A stretch of DNA of 64,000 nt from Ignavibacteriales bacterium (GTDB lineage: Bacteria > Bacteroidota > Ignavibacteria > Ignavibacteriales > Ignavibacteriaceae), in the NCBI GenBank assembly GCA_012517155.1, contig JAAYVN010000041.1:10556-74555 (forward strand), written 5' to 3'. Below the pieces are notes generated by a model that was not told the origin of the DNA, searched no databases, and worked only from the letters and a program-made list of their open reading frames with translations. How positions within the stretch are numbered: position 1 is the stretch's first letter; each line of letters opens with the position of its first letter. This document shows, piece by piece, positions 57,243 through 64,000 of this stretch. The position numbers and the translations under genes were made by a program.

Positions 57243-57253
57243 ATGATTAATTA

Positions 57254-59278
57254 TTATCCGTTAACAGCCGGAGGTGCAGGGTCATTAGGATTACCGGCAT
57301 TCTTCAAAGGGACATAAACAAGAATATAGCCAACAACAACAAAGACAATTAGACTAACGAAGAATGAAGGCTGTGCAAAAATTATGGGAACGCTCCACTC
57401 CATAACAGCAAAAGCTGCGAAGAGGAGACCAATAAGAGCTTCACCGGCAATCAAACCGGAAGCCAGCAAGACACCGTTATTATCACTTCTTGCTTTCTGA
57501 GCGTCGTTGTGTTTTTTGCTTGCCTGATATTTCTCAAGAATTCCTTTTATCAAGCCGCCAATAAAGATGGCAAAGGTGGTTTCGAGCGGCAGATACATAC
57601 CAACACAAACAAGCATAGGACTTTTAACTTTAACGAGAATAAAGCTTATAGCCATTAAAACGCCCACGATAATGAGCGGCCAGGCCATATCTCCACCAAC
57701 AATACCATTAGCCATAATTGCCATTAAGCTTGCCTGAGGAGCAGGGTAATTTTTTCCACCAAGACCGGTACCGCCGGTTTGGATGTCGCCCTGATGTAAG
57801 ATAACCAAGGGGAAGAACATAACTGCTGATGCCAACAGGATTCCGATCATGTCGCCAGCCTGCATTTTCCATGGAGTACCACCGAGGATATGCCCGACTT
57901 TCAAATCCTGAAGCATTTCACCGGCAACGGCAGCGGCAACGCAGATTACAGCCGCAACTCCCAGAACTGCAGCAACTCCGGACATACCGCTAACCCCGAG
58001 GGCAACCATAAGCAAGGCTGCAATAATTAAGGTTGAGATGGTCAGACCACTTATTGGATTGTTGCTTGAGCCGATTAAGCCAACCAGATAACCTGAAACA
58101 GCGGCAAAGAAGAAACCGGCTACAATCATTACGACAGTTGCAACCAGGGCTGCTGAAAAATCACCTGCAAAGTGGAGATAGATAAAGAATGTGAGAACGG
58201 CAGCGACAAGAATTCCGACAAAGACGTACTTAAAATTCATATCGTGATCGGTTCGAACTTCTTTAACAGAACTTCCACCGGCAGCCTTTTTAACATCTCC
58301 AATGGCTCTGCTGAGACCGGTACCAAGACTCTTACGCATTTTGAATAGTGTGAAGCCTGCGCTCATAAGCATTCCACCGATAGCAATAGGACGAACAATA
58401 GATCGCCATACCTGGTTTGCAAGTCCAACCCAGGTTTCGTCATTTACAGTAACAGGTCCGTTAGCCTGAAGTGAATTAAGTAATTCGGGACCTAAGAAAT
58501 AAAGGAGCAGAGGGACGAAAAGACCCCATGCAAGTAATCCACCGGCAAAGTTTAAAGAAGCGAGACTGGGACCGATAATATAACCAACGCCCATATAGGC
58601 AGGGCTGACTCCGGGAGTGCTTAACAGGGCACCACCGCTTGCGTTAACTGCGGCAGTTTTACCGACTGCAATTTTTTGTGATGCAAAACTAATAAACTTT
58701 TCCCAGGAAGCAGCAAAGAACTGAACCTGTTTTAATATCTGAATTAAAGCACCGAGTCCCATTGCCCAGAAGAGGTATTTGGCACCACTTGTTCCGGTTC
58801 TGCCGGCTTTGTGAATTTCAGCAGCAGCTACTGATTCAGGGAAAGGAAGGTCTCTGTCTTCAACCATTACACGTCTTAGAATTGTGACAAAGAAAATTCC
58901 AACCACACCACCAACAAACATTATTGCGGTTGCTTCGAGGTAGTGCTGAACAGTGAAGAATTCAGTCCAAACGCCGGCAATAAGAAACGCCGGAATAGTA
59001 AAGATAGCTCCCGCAGCGACGGATTCGCCAATGGAACCAACTGTTCTTGCAAAATTTTCTTCAAGGATGGAGCCCTTAAATGCTTTAAGAAGTGCCATAC
59101 CAATAACGGCTGCGGGATAAGTAGCCGCAATCGTCATTCCTGCTTTTAATCCGAGATATGCATTTGCGGCACCGAGCACAACGCACATTACTAATCCGAT
59201 AACCAATGCGCGGATTGTGAACTCCGCCATATTGGTTTCGGCCGAGACGTAGGGAATAAATTTTTTGGGTTCAGCCAT
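57254..59278 (-). CDS. OPT-family oligopeptide transporter
   Basis: About 16 TM helices. N-terminus EFTIRALVIGLVM..., with the glycine-rich helices typical of OPT. The ATG at 59278 is preferred over the ORF opening at 59299. Confidence 0.85.
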   Translation of the reverse strand: MAEPKKFIPYVSAETNMAEFTIRALVIGLVMCVVLGAANAYLGLKAGMTIAATYPAAVIGMALLKAFKGSILEENFARTVGSIGESVAAGAIFTIPAFLIAGVWTEFFTVQHYLEATAIMFVGGVVGIFFVTILRRVMVEDRDLPFPESVAAAEIHKAGRTGTSGAKYLFWAMGLGALIQILKQVQFFAASWEKFISFASQKIAVGKTAAVNASGGALLSTPGVSPAYMGVGYIIGPSLASLNFAGGLLAWGLFVPLLLYFLGPELLNSLQANGPVTVNDETWVGLANQVWRSIVRPIAIGGMLMSAGFTLFKMRKSLGTGLSRAIGDVKKAAGGSSVKEVRTDHDMNFKYVFVGILVAAVLTFFIYLHFAGDFSAALVATVVMIVAGFFFAAVSGYLVGLIGSSNNPISGLTISTLIIAALLMVALGVSGMSGVAAVLGVAAVICVAAAVAGEMLQDLKVGHILGGTPWKMQAGDMIGILLASAVMFFPLVILHQGDIQTGGTGLGGKNYPAPQASLMAIMANGIVGGDMAWPLIIVGVLMAISFILVKVKSPMLVCVGMYLPLETTFAIFIGGLIKGILEKYQASKKHNDAQKARSDNNGVLLASGLIAGEALIGLLFAAFAVMEWSVPIIFAQPSFFVSLIVFVVVGYILVYVPLKNAGNPNDPAPPAVNG

Positions 59279-60014
59279 AATAACTCCTAAAATTATCAAA
59301 AAATATGGAAAATAAATACAAATTTTACATTATAAAGAAAATAATAACGATGACTAAGATAACTTTTTTCAGGAAAACTTTAAAATAAAAACTGAGTGGG
59401 AAGACCTGAAAAATTTATTATATATTATTAGCCGAAGGTTAAAAACTAAATAGTGAATAAGTAATTACGCTTCGCTTTCATTAATTGGTAATTTGGTTGT
59501 CGAGACCTTTTTTCGAGGGGGGATTACCAAACCGTGGCGGAGGATTCGCACGAATAAGAAGTACGTATTCACTGGCATGGATGAGGCAACTTAGGGGCAA
59601 GGTATAGGGTAATAAGATTGGAAGGTCAATTCGCTTCGTTTAAAACAAAAAAGTAATCCCGACATCCGGTGTGTCCTCAAAATTCGACAAATGGCAGGAT
59701 ACTGCCATCCTTGATCTGTGATTCACTCCCCCATCGGGATAGATTAAACTCTCATGAAAATTTTCATTCATCCCAAAAAACATCTCAGCCTCTTTTTACC
59801 CTTCCCTCCTGCCTCTTCACCCAAATATGAAAAACGCTGTTATTAGCTCATTTTCGCAGTTTGACAAAATATACTTAATTTTGACATTTTGTACATAAAG
59901 CCGGTCTTAAGCCCCTTTAACTATCTCAACAAGATAAAATAAAACAACCCTGTTCAGAGTTATCCATTTTGATATTTTGTGGCTAAATACTTTTTTAATT
60001 TAGCTAATAAAAAT

Positions 60015-60044
60015 AAAAAACCCTGCCATATTGACAGGGTTTTG
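60015..60044 (-). terminator. Terminator downstream of tRNA-Arg
   Basis: Minus strand: CCCTG-(9 nt)-CAGGG followed by T6. Confidence 0.55.
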
Positions 60045-60047
60045 TAG

Positions 60048-60121
60048 TACACCCGTAGGGATTCGAACCCCAAACCTTCTGATCCGTAGTCAGATGCTCT
60101 ATCCAATTGAGCTACGGGTGC
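60048..60121 (-). tRNA. tRNA-Arg (anticodon ACG)
   Basis: The reverse complement folds as a 74-nt cloverleaf: GCACCCG TA GCTC AATTGGATA GAGC A TCTGA CTACGGA TCAGA AGGTT TGGGG TTCGAAT CCCTA CGGGTGT A. Confidence 0.95.
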
Positions 60122-60171
60122 TTGAAATTCAGGTTGCAAAGATAGTTAATTTTTGCCGTTTTTCAAAGGGA

Positions 60172-61470
60172 TTATGCTTCCACCGTCCGCTTGAAAATAA
60201 TATCTATGTTTTGCAGAGTCCGGTTGTAATCAAATAGTTTTTCCAGTTCTTCCGAAGTGAGATACTCAAGTACCTCTTCTTTTTTGATGAGTTCATCTTT
60301 AAGATTTTTTCCAGCATCCCGCCATACTTCCATTGCACTATCCTGCACAATTTTATAGGCTGTTTCCCGCGTTGCCCCTTTTTCGGTAATGCTTAACAAT
60401 ACTTTCTGCGAGAATACCAGCCCCCTCGTCAGTTCGAGATTTTTCTTCATGTTTTCGGGATATATGAGAAGATTTTTTACAAGTCCAACCGTCTTTGCCA
60501 GCATATAGTCCAGCAGAATTGTACTATCGGGAATTATCACCCGCTCTACTGAACTGTGACTGATGTCTCTTTCATGCCAGAGTGTTATGTTCTCCAGACC
60601 CGCCATTGCATTGCCCCGAAGTATCCGAGCCATTCCGGCTATTCTTTCCGAGATTATGGGGTTGCGCTTGTGCGGCATTGCAGAACTTCCTTTTTGTCCT
60701 TTGGAAAAGTACTCCTCTGCTTCGAGGACCTCAGTCTTTTGCAGATGCCTTACTTCCGTGGCTATTTTCTCAAGCGTACCGCCTATTACGGCAAGTGTGG
60801 TGAGATATTCTGCGTGCCTGTCCCGCTGGATTACCTGCGTTGATACCGGGGCGGGCTTTAATCCCATATGAGCACAAACATACTCTTCGATTTTGGGACT
60901 TAAATGATCAAAGGTTCCTACTGCCCCGGAAATCTGTCCAACTGAAATAACATCAATTGCTCTTTTAAGTCTTTCGATATTCCTGTTGGTCTCTTCAAAC
61001 CACAGAGCAAATTTAAGTCCCATAGTAGTTGGCTCAGCGTGGATGCCGTGCGTTCTGCCGATGCAGAGAGTCAGACGATGCTCCAGTGCACGCTCCTTTA
61101 GTGCGGTGCGAAGTTCCATCAGGTTTTTTAATATCAGTTCCCCGGCGGTCTTCATCTGAAAGGAAAGAGTCGTATCCAAGATATCGGAGGATGTCATGCC
61201 GTAATGGATATGCCTCGATTCGGGACCCACATATTCAGCAACGTTAGTCAGAAAAGCAATAACATCATGCTGAGTGGTCTCTTCTATTTCGAGTATTTTT
61301 TTTACGTCAAATTTAGCTTTTTCTTTTATTACATTGACGTCCGCTTCTGGTATTTCCCCAAGTGCCGCCCTGGCTTCGCATGCTAATATCTCAATCCTGA
61401 GCCAGGTTGAGTATTTGAACTCATCCTCCCAGATTCTGCCGATCTCTTTTCTTATATAACGTTCTATCAC
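60172..61470 (-). CDS. purB: Adenylosuccinate lyase
   Basis: MIERYIRKEIGRIW..., GMTSSDILDT, SSAMPHKRNP signature. Confidence 0.95.
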   Translation of the reverse strand: MIERYIRKEIGRIWEDEFKYSTWLRIEILACEARAALGEIPEADVNVIKEKAKFDVKKILEIEETTQHDVIAFLTNVAEYVGPESRHIHYGMTSSDILDTTLSFQMKTAGELILKNLMELRTALKERALEHRLTLCIGRTHGIHAEPTTMGLKFALWFEETNRNIERLKRAIDVISVGQISGAVGTFDHLSPKIEEYVCAHMGLKPAPVSTQVIQRDRHAEYLTTLAVIGGTLEKIATEVRHLQKTEVLEAEEYFSKGQKGSSAMPHKRNPIISERIAGMARILRGNAMAGLENITLWHERDISHSSVERVIIPDSTILLDYMLAKTVGLVKNLLIYPENMKKNLELTRGLVFSQKVLLSITEKGATRETAYKIVQDSAMEVWRDAGKNLKDELIKKEEVLEYLTSEELEKLFDYNRTLQNIDIIFKRTVEA

Positions 61471-62639
61471 TTTATTTTCTCCAGTTTCATTTTCAGATTT
61501 TTTGTATCAGATCCGCGAACTACTTTAAGTGTAACAGTCTGATTTGTTCTGAACTCCTGCAATAGCCCCGACAGGGTAGTCTGGTTGTTTATCTTGAATT
61601 CGTCGAGCTGGATGATTACATCCCCGACTTCAATACCGGCATCCGCTGCAGGAGAATTTTTCTGAACTCCGGTGACTATTACTCCCCTGGTGTTTTCGAG
61701 ATTAAAATATTTTGCGATTGCATCATCAATGTTCTGTACTTTTAGTCCGGTATAGAAATCCCGTTTAATGCTTCCCAGGTCTTTTAGTTCATCCACTATT
61801 TTTTTAACTTTATTAATGGGAATGGCAAATCCCAGTCCGATATTCCCCTGCGATCCACCGGCGGTAAATATAAGTGTATTCATACCAATAACCTCACCTA
61901 GCGCATTTACCAGGGGTCCTCCGCTGTTCCCTCCATTTATAGCGGCATCGGTTTGGATCATATTCATATAATAGCGGTTCTGCACAGGTTCGAGATTCAT
62001 TCCGAGCGCACTCACAACTCCTACAGTCACCGTGGGCTTGTCATTTAATTCAAACAATCCGAAAGGATTGCCCAGTGCAATAACCCATTCGGCAATGAGT
62101 ATATCGCTCGAGTTCCCGAGTTTGAGGTAGGGGAAGTTCTCTCCTTCTATTTTAAGCAGACAAATATCCGAAGTACCATCCGTTCCTACTATTTTAGCAT
62201 CGTAGTGTTTGCCATCCGTCATTGTAACCACAATCTGGGTTGCATTCCCCGCAACGTGATCATTGGTAAGGATGTAACCATCCTCGGATATGAGAAATCC
62301 GGAGCCAAGTCCGCTTACCTTTTGCCGGGTTGAGCGGTCCCCGAAGAACTGACGGAAGAAGGGATCATCAAAAAAGGGACTGAAAAACGGATTCTGGATT
62401 TCCCTTATTTCTGTTACGTTTATTCCGACCACCGCATTGTTGATCTTTGCAACTGTTTCGGTAATTATTGTTTGCCGTGATGTGGAGATACCCGAGTTCA
62501 GTTGCTGCCTGACCTGCTGAAAGTCATTTTCTGCTTCGTGATATATCTTTTTGTCACCCGACAAGTAAGAGATTAGCAGTGGAGTTGCAATTAATAATAT
62601 TACAACCAGAATAACGAAAAACAATTTATTCTTTTTCAT
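61467..62639 (-). CDS. HtrA/DegP-family serine protease with a PDZ domain
   Basis: TNDHV, DICLLK, GNSGGPLVN catalytic triad context, and a C-terminal PDZ (GVIVTGVQKNSPAADAGIEVGDVI). Confidence 0.9.
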   Translation of the reverse strand: MKKNKLFFVILVVILLIATPLLISYLSGDKKIYHEAENDFQQVRQQLNSGISTSRQTIITETVAKINNAVVGINVTEIREIQNPFFSPFFDDPFFRQFFGDRSTRQKVSGLGSGFLISEDGYILTNDHVAGNATQIVVTMTDGKHYDAKIVGTDGTSDICLLKIEGENFPYLKLGNSSDILIAEWVIALGNPFGLFELNDKPTVTVGVVSALGMNLEPVQNRYYMNMIQTDAAINGGNSGGPLVNALGEVIGMNTLIFTAGGSQGNIGLGFAIPINKVKKIVDELKDLGSIKRDFYTGLKVQNIDDAIAKYFNLENTRGVIVTGVQKNSPAADAGIEVGDVIIQLDEFKINNQTTLSGLLQEFRTNQTVTLKVVRGSDTKNLKMKLEKIK

Positions 62640-62674
62640 AACAAGCCTTCCCTATATGAACTTCAAGCTTTCAA

Positions 62675-62887
62675 TTAATAAGAAATGGTTTCAATTTTTA
62701 TTATTTCCGCGTCAGGATCATATTTTTTGAGATAGGTAATAAACTCTGTGTTTATATATCTTTCCTGTTTTTTCTCAAAGTCCTTAATTAGTTTTTCCAC
62801 CCGTTTCCTTGTAAGAACGGTTTTGAAATAATTTTTTTCCTCGTTATCATCGTAAATCCTGAAATAATTTCTTTTAATTGTTTTCAT
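62675..62887 (-). CDS. Small hypothetical protein
   Basis: 70-aa lysine-rich ORF in the same orientation as its neighbours. No recognisable motif. Confidence 0.4.
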   Translation of the reverse strand: MKTIKRNYFRIYDDNEEKNYFKTVLTRKRVEKLIKDFEKKQERYINTEFITYLKKYDPDAEIIKIETISY

Positions 62888-62903
62888 TTTTACCTTTCGT
62901 AGT

Positions 62904-64000
62904 TTAGTTTAAAATTTCTTCCTGATGCATTATATCGCTGAAAAGCTCGCTTTTGATTGACTCGGCATTTTTGCGGGCGTTGGCAAGCGATGTGATTATG
63001 TAGCGGTTCGCAATAAACACTTTGCGCGGTTCAATTCCGGCTTCTTCCAGCAGAAGAAAACCTACGTAGATATAACCATATAACTCCACAAGATCCTTGC
63101 TTGCAATATCCTGGAAAGTGGGATCTTTTTTCTCGATAACATACTTGAGGCAATCCTTGAATATCGTCCTGATTTCCTTTACGAAATTGAGAAGTCTGAC
63201 CAGCCCCCCCTTATATTCCCGGTTTTCTTTTTCGTCGAAATAATCAGAGAGGATGTCGTTAATTACTCCACCGGAGGAAGCTACAATCTGAAGTTGGGAG
63301 GTTCCTTCGTAAATGTTGGTAATGCGGGCATCCCTTGCAAGTCTTTCCACCTTGAATTCCCGCATATATCCAGTACCACCATGAATCTGAAGTGAATCAT
63401 AGGTCATTTTATTTGCGCATTCGGAGGTTATATACTTCGTAAGCGGGGTTAGGAAATTAGCAATTTTAGTGGCTTGCTTTAATCTCGCATTCAGTTCACT
63501 AACCGGCTGACCTGCGTTTTTGAGTCTCTCAATCTCCTCCTCCAGTTTTTCTTTTATGTCAACGCTTTTGGCGGTTGCATAAAATAAAGACCGGTTGCTT
63601 TCCAGCATTACCCGCATATCCAAAAGCATATTGGTCACGACGGGGATATTAAAGATTGGTTTTCCAAATTGTTCTCTTTCGCGGGCATATTTATAAGCTT
63701 CCTCATAAGCTGCTTGTGAAATTCCAAGCGCCTGGGCACTCACACCCATTCTTGCTCTGAACATCAGGTCCAGCACGTATTTGATTAATCCAAACTTCCT
63801 GCTGCCCACTAGTTCGGCTGGAGTATCGGAAAACTGGAGCTCGCAGGTAGGTGAACCATGGATACCGAGTTTGTGTTCAATTCTTCTTACCTTGACTGTT
63901 TTATCGTTCCGGCATACGAACATACTGAGTCCGCGTCCGTCTTTAGTCCCCGGTTCCGAACGGGCAAGCACGAGAAGCACCTCGCCGTTACCGTTAGTAA
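62904..64000 (-). CDS. Acyl-CoA dehydrogenase, 5'-truncated by the window edge
   Basis: The frame stays open to position 64000 (...TNGNGEVLLVLARSEPG...). ACAD middle and C-terminal domain motifs are present (GSPTCELQF, YEGTSQLQ) plus an extra C-terminal extension. Confidence 0.85.
   Translation of the reverse strand, partial: TNGNGEVLLVLARSEPGTKDGRGLSMFVCRNDKTVKVRRIEHKLGIHGSPTCELQFSDTPAELVGSRKFGLIKYVLDLMFRARMGVSAQALGISQAAYEEAYKYAREREQFGKPIFNIPVVTNMLLDMRVMLESNRSLFYATAKSVDIKEKLEEEIERLKNAGQPVSELNARLKQATKIANFLTPLTKYITSECANKMTYDSLQIHGGTGYMREFKVERLARDARITNIYEGTSQLQIVASSGGVINDILSDYFDEKENREYKGGLVRLLNFVKEIRTIFKDCLKYVIEKKDPTFQDIASKDLVELYGYIYVGFLLLEEAGIEPRKVFIANRYIITSLANARKNAESIKSELFSDIMHQEEILN

Noticed and set aside
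60031-60237. 68-aa plus-strand ORF
   Set aside because: It overlaps tRNA-Arg on the opposite strand and the 3' end of purB.

Overview
AT-rich chromosomal window, about 40% GC by eye. The gene content fits a bacterium of the FCB group with a type IX secretion system (T9SS), Ignavibacteria/Bacteroidota-like. That taxon call is an inference from two T9SS C-terminal sorting domains, a PorX-type regulator, a DUF1573 protein and a CarboxypepD_reg TonB receptor. I support about 57 protein genes, two tRNAs (Asp-GTC, Arg-ACG) and several hairpin terminators. Most genes are housekeeping: glcD/glcF-type oxidase, Ctp protease, tmk, ruvX, relA/spoT, upp, coaD, aspC-like, aroE, sucC, pruA, tsaE/tsaB, accD, panC, der, purB, HtrA, pepD, OPT and MFS transporters, and a ClC channel. 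The parts worth a second look are: (1) a tRNA-Asp followed by three pseudo-copies of its 3' half, with a small GIY-YIG nuclease gene inserted exactly at the homology boundary. (2) An exported WD40-caspase (interrupted by one in-frame TAA) + DUF4384-like protein + CHASE2 nucleotide cyclase operon. (3) An orphan pair of BMC-H shell genes, one carrying a ~200-aa Pro/Glu/Lys-rich tail that ends in a Rho_N/HeH-like motif. (4) An output-less CHASE2 protein + FecR-like protein divergent from PorX. (5) A serine-palmitoyltransferase-like / GNAT-like / acyl-ACP thioesterase / SDR cluster that resembles the bacterial ceramide pathway. (6) A nine-heme cytochrome c with a T9SS sorting domain. (7) A dispersed mosaic family of short intergenic repeats and GC-rich hairpins. 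No CRISPR array, rRNA, transposase or integrase was seen. All functional calls come from motif recognition by eye; no database search was run.
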